Source of the DNA: Candidatus Zixiibacteriota bacterium
GTDB lineage: Bacteria; Zixibacteria; MSB-5A5; GN15; FEB-12
DNA length: 64,000 bases
Direction of reading: 5' to 3'
Assembly: GCA_040756055.1 (NCBI GenBank)
Contig: JBFLZR010000001.1
Location: 63,849 to 127,848 of the forward strand
Shown here: in pieces, positions 9,276 to 19,303 of the stretch
Numbering within the stretch: position 1 is the first letter of the stretch
How the letters are laid out: each line of letters begins with the position of its first letter
The notes under the pieces: model-generated
What the model saw: the letters and a program-made list of their open reading frames with translations, nothing else
What the model was told of the DNA's origin: nothing
The model's database searches: none
Position numbers and translations under genes: made by a program

Positions 9276-9850
9276 GGATTCCGTTTTTCAACGGAATGAC
9301 AAAAGGAAAGGCGGAATGACGCGACCCGGCGGCGGGTTCGAATCCTCCGAATGCGGACAGGGGCGCACCCGTCCGACGGCATTGCTGATGGCAGGAGACG
9401 AATCCCGCCCTTGGCGGGACTGCCCTACGAAGATATTCGGCCCAACAAAGAGGTTCGGCCGGGATGTAGGTGTTTGATTTATCAAACGCGACATCCCTCT
9501 GGATTCCGTTTTTCAACGGAATGACAAAAGGAAAGGCGGAATGACAAAAGGGAAGGCGGAATGACGCGACTCGGTGGCGGGTTCGAATCCTCCGAATGCG
9601 GACAGGGACGCACCCGTTCGACGGCCTTGCCGATGGCAGGAGACGAATCCCGCCCTTGGCGGGACTGCCCTACGAAGATATTCGGCCCAACAAAGAGGTT
9701 CGGCAGGGATGTAGGCGTTTGATTTATCAAACGCGCACATCACTCTGGATTCCGTTTTTCAACGGAATGACAAAAGGGAAGGCGGAATGACAAAAGGGAA
9801 GGCGGAATGACGCGACCCGGCGGCGGGTTCGAAGACGGACCCGCCCTACG
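9276..9850. repeat. Tandem array of a 225-246 bp unit (two full copies plus a partial third)
   Basis: Units start at 9276, 9501 and 9747. Long near-identical stretches recur, for example GGCGGGTTCGAATCCTCCGAATGCGGACAGGG and CCCGCCCTTGGCGGGACTGCCCTACGAAGATATTCGGCCCAACAAAGAGGTTCGGC. Confidence 0.9.
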
Positions 9851-9865
9851 AATGACATGACACTA

Positions 9866-12800
9866 TCACAGTTTGCCGAGCATCCCGCGAAGGTAACTCA
9901 GGCGAAGAGATTCGTTGACCGAGGTCATGTCGATTATAATCTGCGTGTTGCCGGTGAGCGAAAACTCCATCGGGCAGTCGGTCGCCTTACCCAGCGCCTC
10001 AACCTCGCTGCGCCTGAGCTTGCGGCCTTCTTTGAAGAAGAGATTGACGATCCCCTTGCGGATTTTCACTTTCTCGATCTCCAGAAGCGACGCCGAGATC
10101 TTCACCGCCGCGCCATCGAAAAGATTCGTCGCCGACTGCGACATCCGTCCGAACCTGTCCGCGACCTCGTCGCGAATCCTCTCGACATCATCGAGCGTGC
10201 GGCAATCGGCGATGCGGCGATAGATATCGACTTTCTGCTGACGGTTGTTGACATACTCGTTTTCGAGAAACATCTCGATATCGGTCTCGACCTTGGCCTC
10301 CGGAAGCCGCTGCACCTGCTGTCCCTTGAGTTCGGCGACAGCTTCTTCGAGAAGTTTGTTGTACAGGTCGAACCCGATTTCTTCGATAAACCCGGACTGC
10401 CGCGCGCCGAGGATAGTGCCCGCGCCCCTGATTTCCAGATCGCGCATGGCCAGCGCGAATCCGGCGCCCAGATCCGAGTGGGCCTCGATAGCCCGCAGCC
10501 GCTTGATAGCATCGGCCCTGAGCAGCCGCGTTGGGGGCGTGAGCAGATACGCATAGGCGCGGCGGGCGCTTCGCCCAACCCGCCCGCGAAGTTGATAAAG
10601 CTGCGCCAGGCCGAACCGGTCGGCTCTATTAATAATAATCGTATTGGCCGATGGAATATCCAGGCCGGATTCGATAATCGAGGTGCACAGAAGCACGTTG
10701 TAACGCTTTGCCAGAAAGGCCAGCATGATTCCCTCGAGCGACCGTTCGTGCATCTGACCGTGCGCGACAGCGATCTCGGCCTGCGGCACGACTTTCTTGA
10801 GGTACTCGTGCATGGCATCGATTGTCTGCACCCGGTTGTGCACGAAAAAGACCTGTCCGCCCCGGTCGATCTCGCGAAGGATGGTGGTAGCGATAATGGC
10901 CGGGTCGAACTCGACTATCTCGGTTATAATCGGCAGGCGGTCCTTGGGCGATGTCGTTATCAGGCTCATGTCGCGCGCGCCCATCAGCGACATCTGCAGC
11001 GTGCGCGGAATCGGCGTGGCGGTCATCGAGATAGTATCGACATTGACCTTGAGATGCCGGAGCTTTTCTTTGTGGCGCACGCCGAAACGGTGCTCTTCAT
11101 CGATAATCAAAAGCCCGAGATCCGGGAAATGAATGTCTTTGGACAGCAGGCGATGCGTGCCGATAACCAGCTCGACTTTGCCCTCGGCGAGGTCCTCGAC
11201 AATTTTGTCCTGTTCTCTCTTCGTGCGGAAGCGCGATAGCATCTCGACTCGTACCGGGAAATCTTTGAGACGTTCGCTGAAAGTGTGAAAATGCTGCTGG
11301 GCTAAAATCGTGGTCGGGACCAGCACCGCGACTTGTTTGCCCTGTTCGACCGCTTTGAACGCCGCGCGCACGGCGACCTCGGTCTTGCCGTAGCCGACAT
11401 CGCCGCAAATGAGGCGGTCCATCGGTTCGCCGGAGGTCATGTCGTGCTTGACATCGTGAATCGCCTTGAGCTGGTCGGGGGTTTCTTCGTAGATGAACGA
11501 TGCCTCGAGCTGCCTGAGCCAGACGGTGTCGTCGCCGAAGGCGAAACCCTCTTTGGCCTTGCGTTCGGCGTAGAGCTTGATGAGATCGGCGGCCATATCG
11601 GCGATGGCTTTTTTCGTTTTCTTCTTGAGTTTCTCCCATCCTGCTCCCCCAAGATGGGTGAGCACCGGGTTGGAGTCTTTGCCGGAGTATTTCGAGACGC
11701 GGTTGAACTCTTCGATGGGGATATAGAGCTTGTCGTTGTCGGCGTACTGAAGCAGAAGGCAGTCGCGGTTGCGTTTGTCGACCTGGAGCGTTTCGAGTCC
11801 GAGATAGCGGGCGATGCCGTAATCGGTGTGCACCACGAAATCGCCGCGGGTGAGAGCAGAGTAGTCGGAAATGGCGACACCCTCTTTGAATTTCTTGCGG
11901 CGGACGCGGCGGTGGTAGCGGTTGAAGATTTCATGGTCGGTGAGGATGACGAACCCGCCGGGCGTGCAAACGAATCCGCCGTGGAGGTCGGCAATTTCGA
12001 GATTGAGATTGTTCTCTATCTCGGCTCTTTCGGTGAGAAGCTCTTTGAGGCGCTCGGCCTGGGCCTCGTTATCGGTGGCGATGAGATAGGTGAGGCCGAG
12101 CGTGTAATATTCTTTGATGGCGGCGCCGAGCTGGTCGATACGTGAGCCGAACGCCGGATGAGGCTGGCAGTGAAAATCGATAACATCGTGGCGACCGCCG
12201 CGGAACGGCACTTTGTCTATCTTGAAAAACCGATCCAGCCCGTGAAACATGGTCGCGATCGGGAAATAGTATTTGTCGGGAGTGGGAAGGTTGGATAGGC
12301 GATTTTTGAATCGTTCGTACAGGGCGACGCCTTCTTCCATGATCGCCTCCGCTTCGGCCTTGAGACGGGACTCATCGTCCATATACACGATGCCGCCGTC
12401 GCCGAAATAATCGAGGATACTTCCCTGCTCGATACCGAACATGATGGCCAGCCATTCCAGGCCGGGAAGTTCCGGATCGTTGAGGTATCGTCCGCGGATA
12501 TACTCGGCGTCATCTTCATTGAGCCGCGCGAGGTGACTTTCGAGTGACTCGGGCGTGATGGGGATTTCGCGGCGCGGATAGATGGCGATGCGGTCGACGC
12601 GGTCGATAGTGCGCTGGCTGGCGACATCGAAATGACGGATGGTGTCGATTTCGTCGCCGAAGAACTCCACTCGCACGGGGGCTTCGGAGCCGGGCGAGAA
12701 GAAATCGATCACGCCGCCGCGCCGGGCGAAATCGCCCACTTCCTCGACATTGGGGACGCGGGTGAAGCCGAGGCTTATCAGGCGCTGGACGATTTCATCG

Positions 12801-13312
12801 AGGTCGGCTTCCTGTCCGGTTTTGAAGGCGATCGAGTTGCCGGTGAGGTCGGAGGTGCTGATAGTCGGTTCCAGGAAGGCGCGCACTGGGCAGACGACTA
12901 CCGAGAGCGAGCCGTTTTGCAGTCCGGCCAGCGTGGAGATGCGCCGTCCCATGATTTCGCCGACCGGGGCCTTGAAATCGTACGGGAGGATTTGCCGGGA
13001 CGGGAAGTGGCCGACCTGATCTTCGCCGAGCAGGAATGTAAGATCATCATAGAGATTGCCGGCGGTCTCGGCGTTGTGGGTGACAACCAGAATCGGTTGC
13101 TTTCTCTCTGAGGCGAGATTGGCTAATAGAAAGGCGGTTGATGAACCGCTGAGGCCGCTGACAGACGCGCTCTGGCCGTTGCCGCCATCGAGGCGGCGGG
13201 TAAGTTCTATCGATGGCGCGTGGAAGTTCCATTTGTCGAGTACCTTGAGGACCCGGGGAGCGATTTTTGCGGTCGTGACTTCCATGTTCTCAGCTTTGTA
13301 TGTTCGATGCAA
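9866..13312 (-). CDS. mfd: Transcription-repair coupling factor Mfd
   Basis: 1148 aa. Walker A GDVGYGKTEVA, DEEHRFG box, helicase C motifs, and architecture collinear with Mfd. Confidence 0.95.
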   Translation of the reverse strand: MHRTYKAENMEVTTAKIAPRVLKVLDKWNFHAPSIELTRRLDGGNGQSASVSGLSGSSTAFLLANLASERKQPILVVTHNAETAGNLYDDLTFLLGEDQVGHFPSRQILPYDFKAPVGEIMGRRISTLAGLQNGSLSVVVCPVRAFLEPTISTSDLTGNSIAFKTGQEADLDEIVQRLISLGFTRVPNVEEVGDFARRGGVIDFFSPGSEAPVRVEFFGDEIDTIRHFDVASQRTIDRVDRIAIYPRREIPITPESLESHLARLNEDDAEYIRGRYLNDPELPGLEWLAIMFGIEQGSILDYFGDGGIVYMDDESRLKAEAEAIMEEGVALYERFKNRLSNLPTPDKYYFPIATMFHGLDRFFKIDKVPFRGGRHDVIDFHCQPHPAFGSRIDQLGAAIKEYYTLGLTYLIATDNEAQAERLKELLTERAEIENNLNLEIADLHGGFVCTPGGFVILTDHEIFNRYHRRVRRKKFKEGVAISDYSALTRGDFVVHTDYGIARYLGLETLQVDKRNRDCLLLQYADNDKLYIPIEEFNRVSKYSGKDSNPVLTHLGGAGWEKLKKKTKKAIADMAADLIKLYAERKAKEGFAFGDDTVWLRQLEASFIYEETPDQLKAIHDVKHDMTSGEPMDRLICGDVGYGKTEVAVRAAFKAVEQGKQVAVLVPTTILAQQHFHTFSERLKDFPVRVEMLSRFRTKREQDKIVEDLAEGKVELVIGTHRLLSKDIHFPDLGLLIIDEEHRFGVRHKEKLRHLKVNVDTISMTATPIPRTLQMSLMGARDMSLITTSPKDRLPIITEIVEFDPAIIATTILREIDRGGQVFFVHNRVQTIDAMHEYLKKVVPQAEIAVAHGQMHERSLEGIMLAFLAKRYNVLLCTSIIESGLDIPSANTIIINRADRFGLAQLYQLRGRVGRSARRAYAYLLTPPTRLLRADAIKRLRAIEAHSDLGAGFALAMRDLEIRGAGTILGARQSGFIEEIGFDLYNKLLEEAVAELKGQQVQRLPEAKVETDIEMFLENEYVNNRQQKVDIYRRIADCRTLDDVERIRDEVADRFGRMSQSATNLFDGAAVKISASLLEIEKVKIRKGIVNLFFKEGRKLRRSEVEALGKATDCPMEFSLTGNTQIIIDMTSVNESLRLSYLRGMLGKL

Positions 13313-13435
13313 TAACGCGAAAGCCCCGGCTAAATGTTAACCGGGGTATCGCCATTAATTTTTTCGGACGGCAATATATATAAAAAGCCGTTTGTTTACA
13401 ACTTATAACTCGGAAAAGGCAAGTTTGCTTGCCGT

Positions 13436-14284
13436 CTAACCGGAGATTTCCTGCATCAGGTCGGAGCCGACTTCGACCTGGTCGTACTGGTTGGCGCGTG
13501 AGTCGTAGAGCACGACAATCGTGACACGTCGGTTGCGGTCGTCGTAGGGGTCGCTCTGGATCATCGGGAACTGGTCGGCAAATCCGCGGACCTCGCGCAC
13601 CTGGCCTCCCCAGAGTCCGGAGACATCCATAAGACTTCGCGCGGAGTTGGCGCGGTCGGATGATAGCTCCCAATTGGAATAGGCGCTGTTGCCGCCATAG
13701 GCAGCATCGGTGTGACCTTCTATCACAAGACGGTTTTGCAGTTTGCCCAGTTCTTTGGCGATCGTAATCAGGATGATAGCGCTTTTCTGCAGCAATTTGG
13801 CCGAGCCCGGCTCAAAGAAGGCTGGTGAGGCTTCGGATTCGTTCAGCACGATTCGGAGGCCTTCGGAGGTAAGTTGGATTTTGACATTGTCTTTGAGACG
13901 CTTGAACACCTCCTGGTCGGAGAGCGCCTGCATGATGTTTTTGGCTGCCAGGGTGAATTGCTCTTTTTCTTTGTCGGTGGGACCGGTGCCGGATTTTTCT
14001 TTGTCTTTGAGCAGGCCTTGGCTGGGGCCATCGGATTTTATCATCGAGCTGGCGCCGTCCAAAATACCCGATTGTCCTTCGGTGTTGTACTTGCCGGGGT
14101 CGCGGAAATATCCTGCAACCGCTTGTTTTACTTCATCTTTCTGTCCGACCAGCCACATCACCAAAAAAAAGGCCATCATGGCTGTCATAAAATCCGCGAA
14201 AGCGACTTTCCACGCCCCGCCGTGGTGGCCGCCGTGACCGCCTTTTTTCTTCCTGATGATGATCGGTTGTACGTCGTCGGCCAA
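13436..14284 (-). CDS. motB: Flagellar motor stator protein MotB (OmpA-like C-terminus)
   Basis: 282 aa. N-terminal single TM (FADFMTAMMAFFLVMW) and OmpA-like EGHTD...SNWELSSDRA. Immediately downstream of motA. Confidence 0.85.
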   Translation of the reverse strand: MADDVQPIIIRKKKGGHGGHHGGAWKVAFADFMTAMMAFFLVMWLVGQKDEVKQAVAGYFRDPGKYNTEGQSGILDGASSMIKSDGPSQGLLKDKEKSGTGPTDKEKEQFTLAAKNIMQALSDQEVFKRLKDNVKIQLTSEGLRIVLNESEASPAFFEPGSAKLLQKSAIILITIAKELGKLQNRLVIEGHTDAAYGGNSAYSNWELSSDRANSARSLMDVSGLWGGQVREVRGFADQFPMIQSDPYDDRNRRVTIVVLYDSRANQYDQVEVGSDLMQEISG

Positions 14285-14289
14285 TTTAC

Positions 14290-15147
14290 CTATTTCCTCT
14301 TTGTCGCGTTACAGGCATCTTCGAGTTCGGTAAACCCGGGTCTTACGTCGGCATAGAGTGTTCTCCGGGCAAACTCAACGGCGATAACGCCGGCCACACC
14401 TTTGTTAAAAGACAGCAGGGCATGTTTCATACAATTTATATACTGCCGGTTTTCACCGACACGGTGTTTCAAGCTCACGGAGAGGGGTCCAACAAATCCG
14501 TAACATCCGAGCACTCCCAGGAACGTTCCCACCAGCGCGGCCGCGATTTTGTGACCGATTTCCTCCGGAGGACCATCGATAGCCGCCATCGTGATAACCA
14601 CGCCGAGAACAGCCGCGACAATACCGAGTCCGGGCAGCGAGTCGGCAGTAGTGCTCAGGGCGTTGGCGGGCATCATTTCTTCCTCGTGCATAGCCTCGAT
14701 ATCGTTGTCCATCAGGTCTTCCAGATCGTGCGGCTGCACCGCGCCGGATATGATAACGCGCATGGTATCGACGAAGAACGCCACGGCGTGGTGGTTTTTG
14801 AGGAATTTCGGGTATCGCTTAAAAATATCGCTTTCGTGCGGGTGTTCGACGTGGTTCTCAAGACCGATGAGACCATCTTTACGGGCAACGTTGAAGACCT
14901 CAAACATCATGACCAGCAGTTCCAGATAATCTTTTTTGGCATAGCCGCCCCCGAGCACGCCTTTGAGCTGGGCTATGATGCCTTTGATCACGTTGAGTGG
15001 CGTCGAGATAAGTAGAGCGCCGACCGCTGCTCCGCCAATTATAAGCAATTCAAGGGGTTGATTGAGGGCAAGGATGTGCCCGCCCTCTGCGACGAAACCG
15101 GTTATAACGCCTCCCAGAACGACCGCAATACCGATAAAAATGAACAT
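14290..15147 (-). CDS. motA: Flagellar motor stator protein MotA (MotA/TolQ/ExbB channel family)
   Basis: 285 aa, four TM segments, paired with motB. Confidence 0.85.
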   Translation of the reverse strand: MFIFIGIAVVLGGVITGFVAEGGHILALNQPLELLIIGGAAVGALLISTPLNVIKGIIAQLKGVLGGGYAKKDYLELLVMMFEVFNVARKDGLIGLENHVEHPHESDIFKRYPKFLKNHHAVAFFVDTMRVIISGAVQPHDLEDLMDNDIEAMHEEEMMPANALSTTADSLPGLGIVAAVLGVVITMAAIDGPPEEIGHKIAAALVGTFLGVLGCYGFVGPLSVSLKHRVGENRQYINCMKHALLSFNKGVAGVIAVEFARRTLYADVRPGFTELEDACNATKRK

Positions 15148-15441
15148 AAGCCTTCCCTGGTGTCTGCTCAGCCAAATGAGTTTACTCTATGCCTATCGTT
15201 ATATAATTCGACAAATTTTGGATAAACCTGAGTGTTTTTGAGTGGGTTGTTTGGACCCCGGCCGGGCTCGAAATCGGTTGATATCAAGGGCTAACGGGCC
15301 GCTGTAGCTATTGAGGTGAGAGCGCAGTTGCCTACGCACTCGGTCGCAGGCAGAAACCGGTGAAAATGCTTGTCTTATTCGGTCTAAACCCCTAAATTCA
15401 CGCCTGTCATTTTTGAATGACAGCAATTTACTGGAGGTAGT

Positions 15442-16830
15442 ATGCGTCTTCTAACAAATAAACGTTTTTTCATTTTTCTATCGGTAATTGCGGTTTACTT
15501 CTTTTACGAACTGGCTTTTGCCTCGTCGGAAGCGGGGGCTCCATCTGGCGGCTCGGACGGACATGCCAGCACTGTTTTGGGTGTTCTGCTTGAACTCATG
15601 GTGATTTTACTCGCTGCCAAACTTGGCGGCGATTTTTTTGAACGTTTCAGACAGCCGGCAGTGTTGGGCGAACTGGTTATCGGTATGATCATCGGTAACT
15701 TGCATATGATCGGGTTGGATGTTTTCGAGCCTTTCAAGCACGACATGACGCTGGAGATTCTGGCGGAAGTCGGCGTTATCATTCTTCTTTTCGAGGTCGG
15801 GTTGGAGTCATCGGTCAGGGAGATGATGAAGGTCGGGCTGCCATCGTTCATGGTGGCCGTCTTCGGTGTTGTCACGCCATTCTTCCTCGGATGGGGTGTG
15901 AGCGCCATGTTTTTGCCGCAGGAATCGATCTATGTTCACATATTCATCGGGGCAACGCTGACCGCGACTTCGGTGGGTATCACGGCCAGGGTGCTTAAGG
16001 ATCTCGGTAAGGTGCAGACGCGGGAGGCAAAGATTATACTTGGCGCGGCCGTGATCGACGATATTCTCGGACTGGTGATACTGGCCGTAGTCGCCGGTAT
16101 TATTTCGGCGGTGGGCACAGGTCAGGGGGACGGTATCAGTTCGCTGGGCATCCTGTGGATTATTGCGAAGGCCGTGCTGTTTGTTGCGGGCGCCATAATC
16201 ATAGGTGGTGTGGTCCTGCCGCACTATTTCAATTTCGCATTTAAATTAAAGGCTAAGGGCGTTTTCCTCTCATTCGCGCTGCTGATCTGCTTCAGCCTGG
16301 CGTATATCGCCGGTGAAGTCGGGTTGGCTCCTATTGTCGGCGCGTTTGCGGCGGGTCTTATTCTGGACCCGATTCATTACACGAAGTTCAGAGAGCGCGG
16401 GGAACATTCGATTGAGGAGTTGATAGAGCCGATCGGTGTTTTCCTGGTGCCTATATTTTTCGTCCGCATGGGTATGCTGGTCGAATTGAGCACTTTCGCG
16501 CAGGTAGAGATTTTGGGCTTTGCGGCAGTGCTTACGTTGGCGGCGATTGTCGGCAAGCAGGCCTGCGCGCTGGCTATTTTTGACAAGCAGACCAATCGTA
16601 TAGCGATTGGACTTGGGATGATACCTCGAGGTGAGGTTGGGTTGATTTTCGCAGGGATTGGAGCTAAACTTATGCTCAACGGTCACCCGGTGGTATCATC
16701 GAGCACATATTCAGCGGTGGTCATCATGGTGATTGTCACTACACTGGTGACACCGCCCGCTTTGAAGGTGTCTCTCCTTAAAGGAGTTAAGAAAAAGGCT
16801 GAAACTGAGGCTAAAGCGGCCGAGGCTTAA
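15442..16830 (+). CDS. Cation:proton antiporter (CPA2/Kef-NapA type)
   Basis: 462 aa polytopic protein. GELVIGMIIGN-type first helix and GLESS motif region. Confidence 0.8.
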   Translation: MRLLTNKRFFIFLSVIAVYFFYELAFASSEAGAPSGGSDGHASTVLGVLLELMVILLAAKLGGDFFERFRQPAVLGELVIGMIIGNLHMIGLDVFEPFKHDMTLEILAEVGVIILLFEVGLESSVREMMKVGLPSFMVAVFGVVTPFFLGWGVSAMFLPQESIYVHIFIGATLTATSVGITARVLKDLGKVQTREAKIILGAAVIDDILGLVILAVVAGIISAVGTGQGDGISSLGILWIIAKAVLFVAGAIIIGGVVLPHYFNFAFKLKAKGVFLSFALLICFSLAYIAGEVGLAPIVGAFAAGLILDPIHYTKFRERGEHSIEELIEPIGVFLVPIFFVRMGMLVELSTFAQVEILGFAAVLTLAAIVGKQACALAIFDKQTNRIAIGLGMIPRGEVGLIFAGIGAKLMLNGHPVVSSSTYSAVVIMVIVTTLVTPPALKVSLLKGVKKKAETEAKAAEA

Positions 16831-16854
16831 CGCCCGGCCGCTTTTGGCGGCTCA

Positions 16855-17718
16855 ATGGAAATCAGAAAGCTCACACCGGAAATGCTCAGTTTCCGTCTGG
16901 GAGCGGATCCGGAGATTGACCCGGATTGGTTTGTAGCCCATCTTAACGACATCATCCGCTTTGACCCCGACGGTTGTTTCGCTTTGTGCGATGGCGATTC
17001 TGTAGTCGGGATGATCACTTCCACGACTTATCAAAAGATCGGTTGGCTTGGATGGCTTTTCGTGCTGGAAGAGTATCGATTTCGCGGGTACGGGGAGAGA
17101 CTTATGCGCGCGGCAACGGAGTACGTGCAGGCGCGCGGGGCATCGACCGTGGTTCTGGAGGCCGATGTAAAAGCGGTGAATTTGTACCGGCGGCTTGGAT
17201 TTATCGAGCAATTTCACACACGGCATTACAGTCTTTCGCGGGGGGAATTCGAGTGTGGGACAAGCGTAGGCGTTGAGGTTGATGTTGTTCGTATATCTGA
17301 TTTAACTGCTTTATCTGAGTTTGATCGCTCTTTTTTCCGCGAGGACAGGTCGCGACTTTTCGGGATTGTGATGGCAAATAAGAATTTCCGTGGTCTGGTG
17401 GCAAAACATGACGGGCGGATTGTGGGGTACATATTCACGAATGAAGCATCGGCCAATCAGCAAGTGAGCCCTTTTATTGTGGATTTGTCGCACAAGATGG
17501 CTCGCACGGCGCAGCGGGCGCTGGTTAAGGAAGCCTTGAAAGTCTGTGAAAAGCCGCTTTATTTCCGGATTCCGGTGCTCGGCGAGGGTTACGGTGGAAC
17601 GCTCGAACGGTTGGGGGCCAAGCCGGTGTACTATCATACGGTGCGGATGTATTTTGGGTCGGAGTACAAAACGGAGCGGGAAGGTGTTCTTTCGCTGGGT
17701 TGTCCCGGTAAGGGTTAG
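16855..17718 (+). CDS. GNAT-family N-acetyltransferase (two-domain)
   Basis: 287 aa. Acetyl-CoA motif A YRFRGYGERLM. Confidence 0.8.
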   Translation: MEIRKLTPEMLSFRLGADPEIDPDWFVAHLNDIIRFDPDGCFALCDGDSVVGMITSTTYQKIGWLGWLFVLEEYRFRGYGERLMRAATEYVQARGASTVVLEADVKAVNLYRRLGFIEQFHTRHYSLSRGEFECGTSVGVEVDVVRISDLTALSEFDRSFFREDRSRLFGIVMANKNFRGLVAKHDGRIVGYIFTNEASANQQVSPFIVDLSHKMARTAQRALVKEALKVCEKPLYFRIPVLGEGYGGTLERLGAKPVYYHTVRMYFGSEYKTEREGVLSLGCPGKG

Positions 17719-17770
17719 ACTGCATTGCCACATTCTTCTGTTGTTCATGCGATTAGTGAATTTATCAGGT

Positions 17771-17867
17771 AACAGCTTGACAAAGCGGTGAGGATTTCTA
17801 TATCAGCCGTTTAACATTGCCGGATGGAGTCCCGCTTTGCGGGAGTAGCTGGTCGGGCTCCTTTTTT
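17771..17867 (+). pseudogene. Duplicated tRNA promoter plus degenerate 5' half of tRNA-fMet, ending in a hairpin and T-run
   Basis: AACAGCTTGACAAAG-N-TCTATAT is identical to the promoter at 17881-17914. The downstream GGATGGAG...GTAGCTGGTCGGGCTC parallels tRNA GGGGTGGAG...GTAGCTCGTCGGGCTC and stops where the att core begins. Confidence 0.5.
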
Positions 17868-17886
17868 CATTTGTTTTGTTAACAGC

Positions 17887-17914
17887 TTGACAAAGTGTAT
17901 GGGATGTCTATATT
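17887..17914 (+). promoter_or_regulatory. Sigma70-type promoter of tRNA-fMet
   Basis: TTGACA (17887-17892), 16-nt spacer, TATATT (17909-17914). The tRNA starts 14 nt downstream. Confidence 0.6.
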
Positions 17915-17927
17915 GGACATTCTACAT

Positions 17928-18011
<84 letters not shown>

Positions 18012-18013
<2 letters not shown>

Positions 18014-18048
18014 CTCTGAATGTCAATGACTTCAGAGGTTCTTTTTTT
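18012..18048 (+). terminator. Hairpin and T-run after the tRNA
   Basis: CCTCTGAA/TTCAGAGG stem followed by TTCTTTTTTT. A diverged homologue follows attR at 44798-44835. Confidence 0.6.
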
Positions 18049-18075
18049 GGCGGGAGTTCCTTCAGAAACCGGATT

Positions 18076-18094
18076 TTCTAACAGTTTTCTAACA
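18076..18094 (+). promoter_or_regulatory. Doubled TTCTAACA motif (candidate integrase arm-type site)
   Basis: TTCTAACAGTTTTCTAACA also occurs at 44608-44626 (135 bp left of attR) and 52106-52124. Confidence 0.4.
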
Positions 18095-19303
18095 AAATTT
18101 CCGAAAACTGTTTTGTCCAACCTCCGAGCAGCATCATTTTCAAGGTTTGGCATCAAATGTCCATACCGATCAAGAGTCGTTTTCGCTGACGCATGACCGA
18201 GCTGTGATTGGATAAATTTAATGTTCTCGCCTTGAGAGATTAACAATGACGCATAGGTGTGTCGGAGATCGTGGAAGCGTATCCGGCGCAAGCCTGCTCT
18301 GTCCAGTGCGGGATGAAATTCCCGCTTAATCAAGTTTTCGGGATCAAGAGACGAACCGTTTTCATTGGAAAAAACCAAATCCATCTCGGATGCTCTTCCA
18401 ATGAAACGGTGCTGTTCAAGTGCCTGCCGAAGTACCGGAGACATTACTATCCTGCGGATCGAATTCTTCGTTTTCGGTTTAATGAATTCTCCTCGAAAGA
18501 TAGAACGCCTAATAGATATCTCGCTGGAATTCCAATCAATGTCACCCCACTGCAATGCCAGAAGCTCGCCGCGCCTCATGCCGGTCATTACCGCCGTCAA
18601 AAACAGCGTGTAATGGACAGGATTCACATTCTCCAGAAAAATCCGAATCTCCTCGGGTGTGAGAAAATCCATCTCTTCCTGCTCGACGCGGGGACGCTTT
18701 ACATACAAAGAAGGATCGCGCTTGATATAACCCCAGATAACGGCGTGCTTGAACATCTCCTTGAAAGGAACCAGGATGTTGACTACGGATTTCGGACTCT
18801 GTTTCTCCTTCGTAATCTTTTCAGATACGAATTTCTGGATATCCGAAGTCGAAATCCGGTGCAGGAACATCTTTCCAAAGCGAGGATTCAGGTGAAGCCT
18901 CACAATGGACTTGTAGCCGATGTAAGTAGAACGTTTCACGGAAATCTTGGCGTAATCGGATAACCATTTCGCGGCGAACTCTTCAAAGAGTATTTTCTCG
19001 CACTCTTGATAAGTTCCACTATTGATCTGATTCATCCGCTTTGCCAAAAGCTTCTCCGCAGCTCTCTTACTGCCACCGGCTCGTTCCCATCGCTGGGTTC
19101 CTCCGTCCCGATAAACCGCATACCAAGTATCAGAGCGTAACACAACGCTTCCTTTTGCCAATTCGTTCTCACCTCCTTTCTGTCTGGCAGATAGAATGTA
19201 TCGAACGGTATCCGACAGTATTGATGCTGAAGGATACGTTCCTTGGTTGTGGTAAACAGTTGCGAACATACCGCAATTTATTAATCCGGCGAAACATTGT
19301 CAA

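Larger units (their letters stand above)
8454..9856. repeat. 1.4-kb ORF-free block of nested palindromic and tandem repeats
   Basis: Four copies of GGGATGTAGGCGTTTGATTTATCAAACGCGACATCC at 8867-8905, 9235-9273, 9461-9497 and 9705-9742. Three copies of the GGATTCCGTTTTTCAACGGAATG palindrome. 20-mer AATGACAAAAGGGAAGGCGG repeats. The ORFs called here (MSRLINQTPTS and similar) are just translated repeats. Confidence 0.9.

Noticed and set aside
9325-9350. GGTTCGAATCC string resembling a tRNA T-loop (also at about 9580)
   Set aside because: The flanking bases do not form a T-stem or an acceptor stem. The string is part of the 225-246-bp tandem unit.
8583-9743. ORFs of 63-228 aa across the repeat block (MSRLINQTPTS..., VIPLKNGIQ...)
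   Set aside because: The peptides simply mirror the DNA repeats in several frames and both strands. There are no RBS or coding signatures.
9857-13340. Many long plus-strand and off-frame ORFs (for example 9857-11239, 460 aa; 11333-12145; 10102-10818)
   Set aside because: All lie inside the 1148-aa mfd gene, which has unambiguous helicase motifs. They have the low-complexity Arg/Ala/Gly-rich translations typical of GC-rich antisense frames.
15148-15441. Possible riboswitch in the roughly 290-bp leader of the cation/H+ antiporter (hairpin CTGTCATT/AATGACAG just before the RBS)
   Set aside because: I cannot match it to any riboswitch consensus by eye. The region also has to hold the divergent motA promoter.
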